Of a stretch of DNA of 64,000 bases, positions 50,790-62,660 are shown in pieces. Location of the stretch: positions 36,772,719 to 36,836,718 of the forward strand of contig NC_068988.1 in the NCBI RefSeq assembly GCF_001194135.2, in the 5' to 3' direction. Each line of letters starts with the position of its first letter. Within the stretch, counting starts at the first letter, position 1. The notes under the pieces were generated by a model that saw nothing but the letters and a program-made list of their open reading frames with translations, was not told the DNA's origin and ran no database searches. Both the position numbers and the translations under genes were made by a program. Origin of the DNA: Octopus bimaculoides. Its lineage: Eukaryota.

Positions 50790-52111
50790 CGTTTATTGGC
50801 CACAAAGGCTCACATGAAATTACATTAAAAGACATACAGCAACATAAAAGTAAAAACAGGACGGTACAATAAGTTTTACAACGTGTAAACAATATAAATA
50901 ACAATTAAAATTAAAAAATTTAAAACACCCAGTATGAAAAATTTAAAACACCCAGTATGAAAAACCAACAAAAGCCACGGGTGCCTGAACAACAGGGCAA
51001 GGGCCTTTCTCATTTCATTCCCTTTTTACAGATGCACGCTCAGAATTTATCCTTTCACACTGCCTCTTCTTGCAACGCTCACCGACTTTTCAACAAACTT
51101 GCTACAAGGCAACACTTCCCTCACCACTCTCAACTTCCTTTTCCGTGGGTCGGATAGTCTGGATTCACTGATGGCTGCAACATCTACACTAGTAGTCATT
51201 TAAATGGTAACCTTTTTTTCAAGGCGACCCGAGGCCTCTGACATTTTCACAACCTATTCTGAGGATGACCATTGTAAAAATAAATTTAGAGAAGAGCTCT
51301 ACTTACCATCGTTGTATGGCAGTATTGTCTCCTTGTTTTTTGTTGTGAGCGTTTCCACGAGATTTTTATACAATCTTTAGGAGAAAGTCTTTTAGAAAGA
51401 CCCAACATCATTTGGAAAGTTTATTTTCAAAGTGCTGTATGTTTCCTGTTGCATTTTTAAAATCTGTATGTGTGGTGGTGGTGCATTGTGTGTTGGAAAG
51501 ACAAAGTCTTCCATGGTGGTGTCTGTGTGATGTCCAAGGTGTTTCACGAGGTCTGTGTTGTCGGTTTCGATGGCTGTGAGGTTGGTGGTGTTTGCGTTGT
51601 CTGTTTGTGTCAGTGTCTGAGGTGGTAGTGCTATTGTTGCTGTTGTTGTTGTGTGGGTTGCTGCTGTTGGGAATTTCCTCCCCTTTGCACCATCCTCTCT
51701 TTTCTTCCAGTGTCTCTTTTTTTTTTTTTTTTTTGGCGGGGGACTGTTTGCCACTTTCCCTTCTCGACAGTCCGAGTTATTTTGATCGGAAAGGGGGATA
51801 TTTTTAGGCTGTTCTTTTTTGTGGGGTGTTCATATGTTGTTGTTGGTGGTGGTGGAGGTACTCCGGATGCTGTTGGTGGTACTCCGGCTGGTGTTNNNNN
51901 NNNNNGTGGTCGTGTTGGTGATGGTCGTGGTCGTTGTAGTGGTCGTACTCCGACTGACATTGTTATTGGTGGTGGGGCTCCGACCGGCTGTGCCACTTCG
52001 GCTGGCGGCGGCATTCCGGCTGATAGTGGTACTCCCTCCGGTATTGGTGTTGGGGGTACCCTGGTGACTGTTGGAAGTGGCGTCGCTGTTGCTGGTGGTG
52101 ATAGGTTTGCT

Positions 52112-52153
<42 letters not shown>

Positions 52154-52745
52154 TGCACTGGAGGTGCCCCCGCTTCTACCGTCGCTTGCAGCTTCCGTCT
52201 CGTTTCTTTGTATTTGGGGCAGTCGACCTTGAGGTGCTGGTCACTGTCACAAAAGTTGCACCTCGGTCGCCTGCGCTCCACAGCCACGCGTAGTCTCGTG
52301 CCATCTGGTAGAATTATGGCATCAGGGATAGAATGTATGGCTTCTTGTTCAATTTGAACAAGAAGCTCTAATTCCTGACCCCTTCAGTTTTGTTGATGCA
52401 ATTTATGCACCTCGAGTACTCTGGCGCTATCCTTTATATCATAGAAGACAGCCGCCACCAGCCAGCATACGTTTATTTCGTTTGTTTTGCCGCCGGCGCG
52501 AAACCGTTACCGATTTGTTTGTTATTCTTTTTCTTGTTCGATTCTTTCTTTTCGTTTGTGTTTACTCTGTTCATGTCGGTGGTGACATTGGCGGTGTCTT
52601 TTTTCTTCTTTGCTTACTTTTTCATTTTCCACGTTAGTGCTGGCGCTGTTAGTGATGTTCGAACTTCTGCTGTTCAGAGGCAGGAACTCTTCGCAGTATA
52701 ATTTGTCAGAACAGCCACTATCACACCCCTCGACAGAAGAAACCA
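50790..52745 (-). mobile_element. L1/Tx1-like LINE copy B: 5' UTR, ORF1, nearly all of ORF2 deleted, 3' UTR and AATAAA
   Basis: ORF1 RRPRCNFCDSDQHLKVDCP plus polyQ and Pro/Thr tract; ORF2 ATG at 51272 runs to SESRLSDPR then jumps at about 51143 to KRKLRVVREVL...ILSVHL*; AATAAA at 50797-50792. Confidence 0.9.
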
Positions 52746-53544
52746 TCTTGTGTTTTTGTTCGTCAAACGAAAAACAAAAAATATTGTAAATGGACATAAA
52801 GTCCAAAATTCGCCCCTAAAAGGGGAAAATTCTTAACAAAAGAACACCTTTTGCACACTAAAATGGGTTCGGAAAACATAAACAAACAAACAGAAAATAA
52901 ATTTGAAAAAATAAGGAACTCTAACCTTACGTAGTTCTGAAAAACACGTCTTAACTCGTCATGTTTATCAAAATCCACTAATGTAGTTTTGAAGACAGTA
53001 TACTTAAATGCAAAGAGTAATATCATGGAAATAAAGGGAGATTTAGAAATAGATAGCCAAGACAGACATACACTAATAAAATAAAATGTGAGGAAGAAAT
53101 ATTATAGACGCATTCGATTAATTCTTAAAACAGTAAAACGCATAAAGTTCCATAATTGCCATCTAGTCTCAAAATGTTGCAGCTCTATTTTATAGTTTTA
53201 ATATTCTCAACTGGACGTTAAATGAATTAGTGACAAGTCAACCAACATTACAATACACCACCCGAAATCTGTAAAAGAATTATTATATTTACTATGAATG
53301 CTGGGAATTAGGTTGTCATATACAAGTATATATTTTTACAAAATCTTTTCTATAACTAAATAAGTAACGTGTAGAAAACAATGGAAAACTAAAACAAACA
53401 AAAACACGAGCAAGTAAAAGATATGCTTGATATTTTTGTTCTTTTGTAGGAATGTAGGAAACTAGCAGTTACAAAACGTAGGCTGAAGTAACAGACAACA
53501 CAGACAATTGTGTTTTTTGTTGTTTAGTTTTTTTTTTGTACTCT

Positions 53545-53730
53545 AGGCGCAAGGCACGAAATTTGGGGTAGGGAGTCAGTCGATTAGATCGACTCCAGTA
53601 CGCAACTGATATTTAATTTATCGACCTCGGCACAGACGACCTCGGCAGTATTTGAACTCAGAACGTAAAGACAGATCAAATATTGCTAAGCATTTCGCCC
53701 GGCATGCTAACGTTTCTGCCAGCTCGCCAC
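53545..53730 (-). mobile_element. SINE (GGCGGCGAGCTGGCAGAA family)
   Basis: Reverse complement of GGCGAGCTGGCAGAAACGTTAGCATGCCGGGCGAAATGCTTAG..TTCTGAGTTCAAAT..GGAGTCGATCTAATCGACT. Confidence 0.85.
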
Positions 53731-54862
53731 CTTATATAACGGAATATAAGTCCAAAATGCACGGAGATTTTAAGAAACAGTCAATATTAAGTCTAGATAT
53801 TCAGAGAGATGGTACAGAGTGGAGCACTGTCGTAGTCGTTGAAACCAACCATCTATCATTTCTGAATCTGTGATACTCTTCTATTTTGTCCGCAAATAGC
53901 CATGACTTTCTGAGGACATACCATTTTTAATACTTAACCAGTTGAAAATAAATGCAGCATTATGAAATACCAAGAGTAAAAGAGATGTTGTGAGTATACA
54001 CGAGAAAGGGTGCCTGACACACGAAGTAATAATACATTATGATATTATAATTCTCAATGGCACGTTGATTAAGGTTCGAATATTGTCAACAACCACGCAG
54101 AAAAGAAATATTTCATAAGAGAACTATTCTGCCCAACTGATGACAATTTATAACTAAGTGGGAATGTATCGGAATATATAAATTCTTTTGATGTTTGCTT
54201 AGAGAAGAAGCCATGTAAGAGATTTCTAGCACATCTACAGTATTGGCTTTCTTCTCTTTAATGACACATGCAGTGAAAGGATAGTTGCTTGCTTCCTCGA
54301 GCGGGTGATTGATTTAACCTTCCTTTCAATAATTTCACCGAATGTTGAATCCCTTTTCTGTCAGTTCTCGCACAGTTTTTTCTAAGTACATGATTATCTA
54401 ATTAGGAAGACGTACATACAAATAGACAGGATCACTCATTAAAATAATAGATCCCTGGCAATGATTATATCTACAATCATATGTACGTAAACGAAGCACT
54501 TTTCACATATGCTCAGATAACATAAATATGCTTTTCTAAGTTCAAGATTCATAATAAAACTAACAGGAAACAAAACGGTAGAGAATCTTCAACATTGAAA
54601 TGTAAAGGAAGAGATGCTTTTGTGAGTGTATCTGATAGATTTGCAATAGTTTTGGAGGCAGAATGCTTCAGAAAGAGCAATGTGCAAAATCATACTTTCT
54701 GGTTCTCATAATTGTTCAAGAATTTTGGTGATGGTTTAAACTCATTCAGTTTGAATGTAGATACGAGTATAAGTAAATTTCTTCTGGTGGTATAGGCCAT
54801 AATGTTTTAGTGGCAGTAGGCTTAAAATTCAGCCATGTCGTAATCACCTAAGAAATTAGATC

Positions 54863-54893
<31 letters not shown>

Positions 54894-54959
54894 CACACAC
54901 ACACCCATATGATTCGGACATGATTCACCATAGAATTGCACTTGGAAAGTTACCCTCCG

Positions 54960-55160
54960 AGGTTGTTTATTGAAGAGTAGCAGTCGCCCATGCTTACCAG
55001 CCTCCCCTCACCACGCCATCAATGCTACCTAAGGGAATGGCAATGGCCGATACAGCTTGGTACCAGTGACGCCGCAACTTATTTCTACAGATGAGTGAAC
55101 TGCACCCACGTGAAATAAAGTGTCTTTCTCAAGAACACAACACACATTGTGAGCCCGACG
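54960..55160 (-). mobile_element. tRNA-derived SINE body
   Basis: Reverse complement of TGTGTTCTTGAGAAAGACACTTTATTTCACG..CAGTTCACTCA.CTGTAGAAAT; same core as 44014. Confidence 0.75.
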
Positions 55161-56087
55161 CCCATGTATGTGTGTGTGTGTGTGTTTGTGTCTGTGTGCG
55201 TGCTTGTGTAAACAAAATTGAACGGACTGATCAAACACGCTTTATTTCATAACTCAACAATTGTTTCATTTCTACTTCACAAATTATTGCAGAAATATCA
55301 TAATACGTCATATCTGTATTATTTCGGCAGTATTGGTAAGTCGAAATGTTGCACGTAATAAGCACTGCTGTTTCACGAACTTGCATTTAGAGAAACAATA
55401 GGATACGTGCCTTTATCTTTGCAGAAGATGAGGAGTGGGATCTAGTTAGGAGAAGCGCAGGAGAAAAATAGAAGTAACTGAGTGGCTACTTGAGTTCTGT
55501 CTTTTAGATATGTTGGGGTAATGTAAGCATAAATATGCCTTATGAAGGTGAAGGAATGACGTGCTAAAATGCAGGTAAGATTGCTTGGAATGGAGCGAAA
55601 ACCGTTAACGCATCATTCGTGCAGAATGTGGTATGATGTGTTCCACAAAAATACAAAAGTAAATGAAATAGAATACACTATACATCAATTACAACCTTAC
55701 AATAAAATGAGAGAAATAGTTAACGCTCACTTCATTTCCGTTCTAAATTACATGTCCTCCCAAATAGAGGTGATCGATAGAATAGGTGCCACATATAATC
55801 TGGGTCATTTCAGTAGACTATACCTTTCACCTACAAATATATTGATCTTGCACTGATGAAAGAAATTATTAAGAGTCAGCTTTGCTTTGAAAGAGACTCA
55901 TGCTTCTGCATTTAACCTCGAGCATAAAGAAGGACAGACGTCAAGTTGATTTCAATGATGCATTCAGTGCCTTCTGGGAATATAATTGGGCATGCGGAAT
56001 TAGTGCTACGATACAATAACAATATTCCTGTAAACGTACATACGTACATACATAGATAGATGCATAGAAAATTAGCTACGCGCTAAA

Positions 56088-56131
<44 letters not shown>

Positions 56132-56774
56132 GTACAATAGATTTATGTAGTGGCAAACCTATTTATTCTGTGGTAGCTATAGGAATTTCATGTTTCCACT
56201 CCCCAACATTAAGGCATATGCTGTATATATATATATATATACATGCATACACCCAATCAGATAGATAGATATACACACTTGTATGTATGTATGTGTGTAT
56301 GTATATATGTATGCGTGAGTGTGTGTTTGTGTGTGTGTGTGAGTGTGATGGAGAGTGTGTGAAGCAATTTATATTCGTTCATTCATCATCAACGCCTTAT
56401 ATTTTTCTAAAATATTTAATTTTTACTTTCCGTTAGAAACAGCTGGATGCCATCTGTTTCTTTGAACACCAAGTAAGAAATTGATTATGGCTTAAAGGCT
56501 ACATGACAGCACACCTGTCTCAGCTATTATGCACACGAATACTTTCGGAGCGTATAATACGTTTCATATGATTGATTAGGCAATGTTATGTATTTCATTT
56601 TATTCATAATAGATTAATATAGTAATCTGATTAATCGAGCAATCGTGGAATTCAAGGTGTAGCTAATGGCATCAGCGGAATAGATATAATTATGCTCTAT
56701 AACATGTATTGGGTACTTTTGCTCTAGAAATACACACCGACACAAGCAGAGACAAGGACACAAATACCAATAAG

Positions 56775-56826
<52 letters not shown>

Positions 56827-56827
56827 A

Positions 56828-56860
<33 letters not shown>

Positions 56861-56907
56861 GATTCAAATTTGAATGTGAAAAAAGTAACACGGATTTTAA
56901 AGGTTAT

Positions 56908-56995
56908 TGCAGTACGCACGTTTCATGCTACTCCATTTATTTAAGTAATGCGAGCATTACATTAAATGCAAAATGCAGAGTAATCTTCAGCTGCA
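56908..56995 (-). ncRNA. Hammerhead ribozyme-like motif
   Basis: TGCAG-CTGAAGA-T-TACTCTGCATTT...AAATGGAGTAGCA-T-GAAAC-GTGC-GT-A-CTGCA; 5-bp stem I; GUA triplet. Confidence 0.65.
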
Positions 56996-57149
56996 CAAGG
57001 ATATAGAAAATTTACTGAAAATTTATTTCAGCAGAATGGACATATTACTGTTGTGACAACATTTAAACAATCGAAGTTTGAAAGAAGAATACATAAAACA
57101 AAAACTTCTTGACATAGCCAAAGCTAGCAGGCTAGTAATTAATTCTAGG

Positions 57150-58320
57150 TAGAATTCTGTCTCTGATTTTATTTATTTCTTATCTAGTGATTTAAAGTTT
57201 AAAGGGTCAATCAACCTTTCACTTATAAGGAAAGAGAAGGTGTAAGCATGATACATGGATATGGTTATAAAGATTTCTCTGGTCAACACAATTTTAGGTT
57301 GGGTTGTTTTTTTACTACTATCATAATGTAGCGGAATTTAACGTTAAGCATCTAGGTTAACAGGGCTTTTTCTTTAGTCTGAATAATGTATCAGTATAGT
57401 TTTACATATACTAAGTATGGAAAACTTATAGATATCAATATTAGCTTTATTATTATGTTAATAATAAATATGTAATTAGTTCATACAAAAACCCTGAAGT
57501 ATTGTCAATTTTGAATTTAAAAGCTATAGATAAGGTGTGAAGTTTAGGAATTTTATATTATATTGAACTAAAGAGACTATTATGAATAATTTTTAAAAAT
57601 AATTTTAAAATTTAAAATTTAAGCTAATATATCTAATATTATTTGACACATAAGTGATAAAATTTATTTTTATAATGTAAAGAATTAATATAGGATTTAC
57701 ATAGTTTATAATAATGGGTTTATCAAGGTTTAAGGAACTAATAAAAGGAATAGTGGGAATTAACAAAGAATTCAATAATAATCTAAGACATCTAATAGAG
57801 AACATGATAATTATGTACTAGTTTAATTATACTATCTTATATAGTCAAGAACTTGTTTTAAAACTAACATGGGCTAATTACTGAATACTAATGGAACAGG
57901 GATTAGATTTATTTAAGTCAAACTATAGAATAACTATAACACTACTACTAAGAGCCCTGAAACAATGGAATAATAAGGATCCTTTTAGAGTCAGGCATTA
58001 AATAAAATATATATAAAAAATATAAAATTTTTGAAGGTTTGAGAACTAATTAAAAACACTAAGAACTTATAAAACCTCCTATTCTTATAAGTTACATAGG
58101 ATAAAATAAGTAAGATACATACTAAGAACTAACAGTAGTAGTAGAAGTAGTGTGAAAAAATATACCATCCATGGTTAAAGTTGAAATCTTAGTTATCACA
58201 TGAAGATTGTATGTTAAGGTGAGAGATAAGAAATATATGTTATAAAGGTTCAATTTCAAATTTAAATATGTGCTAATTAATAGCCCACGATGAACATGGT
58301 AGATGTTGAAATACCACATA
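57150..58320 (+). mobile_element. Highly degenerate AT-rich PLE RT/linker remnant
   Basis: Frameshifted matches to EVCE.IGIFIL..ELK, ELIKGI, LLESGIK and IYHPWLKLK (similar to WYNPPWSK). Confidence 0.55.
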
Positions 58321-58329
58321 TTTATAATT

Positions 58330-58600
58330 TTAACTACTTTAAAAAAAAATTAAAAGTGCGAGTATAGCAGTGTACACACAATACTCTAAGGTCTAATCTA
58401 TTATTAATTAAGTTAGGATTACTTCTAAGTTTAAAAATTCCATATGTTTCCATAGAACATAATTCACATCCATATCTATTATTTCTATAAGGTTGGGCTT
58501 TTCTTATAATTTCCCATTTAAGGCTAAAACTAATACCACTATCCTTTAACTCCCAAATTTTATTTGCTAATGACGTACTATTTGCCTTATGTTTTAGTCT
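58330..58600 (-). mobile_element. PLE GIY-YIG endonuclease C-terminal fragment, inverted relative to 57150-58320
   Basis: RLKHKANSTSLANKIWELKDSGISFSLKWEIIRKAQPYRNNRYGCELCSMETYGIFKLRSNPNLINNR..LCVH. Confidence 0.75.
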
Positions 58601-59419
58601 AAAAGAAGACCTGTGGTTATATGTTCTGTTTCAGAGAACCCTGCTTCCACAACACTGTTCGCCGGGATTTGCACAAAGGTGGATTTCACGGGAGGGCTGC
58701 ATTCAGAAAACCCCTACTTTCAAAAATAAACGTTGCAAAGCGTTTAGATAGGAGTAAAAAAACCTACAGAATTGGTCCCGAGAGCAGTGGAAGATTGCTA
58801 TTTTTTCGGACAAGTTATGCTATTCGTTATTTCCGACCAACGGCCGAGTATACGTATGTAGACAGCCAAAAGAAGCATTTGACCCGGAACTGCCTTCTTA
58901 CAACTGTTAAACATGGAGGAGGATCTGTGATGATTTAGGGGGTGGGTATATCTTGGAAATACGCCGGCCCATTGGTTTCCCTTCATGGCAGAATTAATAG
59001 TCAAGATTATTTAAGCATTTTATCTGACCAAATTCATCGTATGGATTCGGAACTGTTTCCAGAGGGAAACGCAATCTTTCAGGATGATAATGCACCAATT
59101 CAAACAGCTAAAGTTGTTACTGAAGTTGAACATCTCATCTCGCAACCACAGTTCCCAGATCTCAATATTATTGAACATTTATGGCGCATTTTAGAAAACC
59201 GTGTAAGGAGTCGATATCATCCACCGTCATCACTACAAGAACTGGAGGGTGTTTAAGCTGAAGAATGGACAAAAATTCATTTGGAAACAATTCAAACTTT
59301 GTACGACTCCATACCTCGTAGAATTCAAGATGTAATTCCTGCCAAAGGCGGACCTACTCCATATTAAAATACATTTGTTTGAAATTTTAAGGTGTTTCCA
59401 TTATTTTGTCCAGCCCCTG
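58600..59419 (+). mobile_element. Tc1 (DD34E) transposase pseudogene with 3' TIR
   Basis: GFHGRAAFRKPLLSK; TVKHGGGSVMI; IFQDDNAPIQTAK; PQFPDLNIIEHLW; IPRRIQDVIPAKGGPTPY*; TIR ending TTTTGTCCAGCCCCTG|TA. Confidence 0.95.
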
Positions 59420-59572
59420 TAGATATATATATATATATATANNNNNNNNNNNNNNNNNNNNNNNNNNNNNNNNNNNNNNNNNNNNNNNNNNNNNNNNNNN
59501 NNNNNNNNNNNNNNNNNNNNNNNNNNNNNATATATATATCTTTATTTAAAAACAGCAGAAATATAACAAAAG

Positions 59573-59612
59573 ACTGTTACTCTGAGTTTCACGTTCCCGT
59601 TCATCGGACAGT
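59573..59612 (-). ncRNA. Compact 40-nt type I hammerhead with CCGAUGA core variant
   Basis: ACTGT-CCGATGA-ACG-GGAA-CGT-GAA-ACTC-A-GAGT-A-ACAGT: all three stems pair perfectly; stem III has a 1-nt loop. Confidence 0.8.
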
Positions 59613-59622
59613 TTTGTTAGAA

Positions 59623-59653
<31 letters not shown>

Positions 59654-59786
59654 TAGAACAATAGATAGATCCATATATTATACATGTGCGTGTATGTGTG
59701 TATAGAGTGGGGGAGCAGTGAGTCTGGTACAGTGACGCAATTTTTCAAAGAAATTTGCTGCCCTATAATGTATAATGTCTATTCCC

Positions 59787-59830
59787 AGTCGTAAACGTTT
59801 CAGTGATCAAAGGTTCTACACTCGTCAACT
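59787..59830 (-). ncRNA. Degenerate hammerhead-like motif
   Basis: TTGACGA-GTG...CAC-T-GAAACGTT; C3 mutated and stem I poor. Confidence 0.35.
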
Positions 59831-60510
59831 GCGCTAATGAGCGTATTAAAAGATCTGGATTTAATTGTTTAAATGTATATTTATTCAACTATATTCTATG
59901 ACAACAATTTATTTCATTGAACGATTACAATCTAAAATATTTGTCTTGGTGTAATGGGTCAACAATTATTCTCTTTATTAGGAATTATTGTTTATGCATT
60001 TATTTATGTATATAGTTTAAAACGTTAATATTAGATGCCGGGATTTAACTATTTATATGCTGTTTTCAACTATTTATGTACTTTATATTTTGTTTTCAGT
60101 TATGGAATAATTTTAAATATTTCATCATATATTTGCAGCAAAACGTTATCTCGAGATCAAATGCTTTATTATTTTTTTAACTTTTCGTTATACCTTGGCC
60201 CTGGTACATTAAATATATCTATAGTTTTCAGCAAGTACTAGCTCATTTCAATATCTACAAGAGTTTACAAATCTGTATGGTTCTTTCATTTATTTGACGA
60301 AGGCAGTTTTGGTTTCAATTACTCAACTTATTTCAAAGCGTATTGCTAAAGATACTAGCAGACGTAACATAGAACGGAAAAATCACTTTGTCATCCAAAC
60401 CGTAGCTCACACTAACTACTGTTTCCGGAGAGATATGCAAACCAGTTTTCAAAGAATAATTTTCCTTTTGGAAATGGAACGTAGCAACAATTATTTACGT
60501 GTATGTTAAC

Positions 60511-60567
<57 letters not shown>

Positions 60568-61369
60568 TTTGTGTGTGTGTGTGTGCGTGTATTTGTGTGT
60601 GTGCGTGTGTGTGTGTGTGTGTTTGTGTGAAAAGAATCAATCACGAGAGACTAGCATTTACAAAGATGTTGTTAGATTCACGCTTAAAAGGGAAAAGAAT
60701 CCGGAAATTTGCTTGACGTTTCGGATATTAAATCATTCATCAAAGAAGAAGTGTTGAGAGAAGGTTGTAGTAAAAGAGCGAAAAGAAAAAATAGAAGCCA
60801 GAAGCGATTGTAATATATATAGAGATGAGTTTGGAAAAGAAGAAGAGGCGAGAAGTTGTTTCATTGTAAATAACAGTGTCTTTGTAAAGAAATTTTCGTG
60901 ATGCTCTGAGCTGTGTAGGTTGGAGATAGCTAGTTGGTGTTAAATGGAGAGTTTAAATGGAGAGGTAAACCCGATTATGAGGTGAGAAGGTATAAAGATG
61001 GGAAAATAATGGAGAAAGCTTTGTTGTTAAAGAAAAATTGAAGCTGGTAGGTGTAGAGTTACTATGTCGAAACACGTGGAAAAATACATAGTTTAAATAA
61101 GATTTAAACGTGAAAATATAGGAAAAATTCCGAAAGGAAGAGAAGAGAATTATGAAGAAATATATATGCAAAAAGCACATCGTTATTAGAAAAGTTTATG
61201 AAAATTGTAATCAAAAGAGAACTTATAGAAAAAAAAATTACTTTAAAGCAACGAACAGCTATAATCGCATATTCGCATACAGAATGATCCACAGTGATTC
61301 TCAGACTTTTTCTTGTAAAACTTCAACATTTAGGACCACGAATTCTAGTACAAAACATACTGATATTAC

Positions 61370-61690
61370 TTTCAAATTTTGGCACAACGCCGAAATTACT
61401 GGGGAGGAGACGAGTCGTTTGCATCGACCCCAGTACTCAACTCGTACATATTTAACGCGAAGACGGGCGAAATGCCGTTAAGCATTCTGCACACCTTCAA
61501 TTTAATATTGGTTTCAAATTTTTGCACAAGACCAGCAACTTTGGGGGAGGGTGAAAGTCGTTACATTGGTTGCAGTGCTCATCAACCCCTGAAGGGACGA
61601 AAGGCAAATTCAGCCTCAGCGGAATTAGGGCTCAGAACGTGAAGTTACATGACATCCTGCTAAACATTTTGCCTTGAGTGCTAACCCACA
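61370..61690 (-). mobile_element. Two tandem SINE copies (GGCGGCGAGCTGGCAGAA family)
   Basis: Two successive reverse-complement matches (61370-61500, 61490-61690) containing CATTTCGCCCGTC / TTCTGAGCCCTAATTCCGC / AGTACTGGGGTCGAT. Confidence 0.75.
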
Positions 61691-61719
61691 CCCACAGTTT
61701 AATATTAAATAAATTTTGA

Positions 61720-61935
61720 AGGCGGTGAGCTGGTAAAATCGTTAGCACATCAGGTGAAATGCTTATTGGTGTTTCTTCTGCATTTACATTCTGAGTTCAA
61801 ATTCCAGCAAGCTCAAATTTGCCTTTCATCCTTTTGCGGATGGTTAAATAAGAGTACCAAGTGAAGATTGGGGTCAATATAATCGACTTAACACCAATCC
61901 AAAATTCGCTAGCGTTGTTCCAAAATTTGAAACTA
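61720..61935 (+). mobile_element. Full-length SINE (GGCGGTGAGCTGG family)
   Basis: GGCGGTGAGCTGGTAAAATCGTTAGCAC..TTCTGAGTTCAAATTCC..TTTGCCTTTCATCCTTT..GGGGTCAATATAATCGACT. Confidence 0.85.
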
Positions 61936-62334
61936 ATATTATATAACGTCGTATAAAAACTAAACATTATTATTCGTGTGTGCGTCTGTGTTTATCAGCA
62001 TGTGTGATATATCGTGACTATGTCTGTGTACATGCGGGTTAGTATGTTATGATTTATATCAATTCATTATTATTTCTTTGACGAGTAAACACATCAATCA
62101 TCGTCAAGTATGACAGTTGAATTGTATTCGTCATTTAAAATGTGAAAGATTCCGTTAGTGTTCCCCGTATATTTTATTGCTGCAATCATTTTTTGAATCA
62201 TCAAATGGCACTTACTGAGAACATACATTTATAACCTATTGACCTGTTCCGCACTGCTCTTTTCACAAATTTATACGGCATATATAGTTTTAAAATTTGT
62301 ATATAGTATTGTGTACAGACACACACATATTTAT

Positions 62335-62443
<109 letters not shown>

Positions 62444-62519
62444 TGGCGTATGGTTAACATTAGCGTTACTCAAATTAGGCACACAAACCGTGTATTTCTA
62501 TTCAAAATGCGGGATCCCA

Positions 62520-62660
62520 AATGTAAATAATCCTTTCTACTAGAGGCAAAAAGCCTTAAATTTGGTAGGAAGGAGCCAATCGATTAGACGGACCCCAGTA
62601 TGCAACTGGTACTTAATCTATTCGCCCGAAATGATGAAAGGCAAAGACGACCTATGCGGA
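62520..62660 (-). mobile_element. SINE 3' half
   Basis: Reverse complement of TTTGCCTTTCATC..AAGTACCAGTTGCATACTGGGGTC..TAATCGA. Confidence 0.75.

Noticed and set aside
48660-51150. Apparent shared deletion breakpoint in the two L1/Tx1 copies
   Set aside because: Copy A continues through FSGYQKFPSLCQPS-like endonuclease sequence for about 55 nt beyond the copy B junction, so the breakpoints differ.
57150-58600. AT-rich block resembling a mitochondrial insertion (NUMT); likewise 1-800
   Set aside because: No convincing mitochondrial protein, rRNA or tRNA match. The translatable pieces fit PLE RT and GIY-YIG motifs (e.g. IWELKD..KWEIIRKAQPY..CELC).
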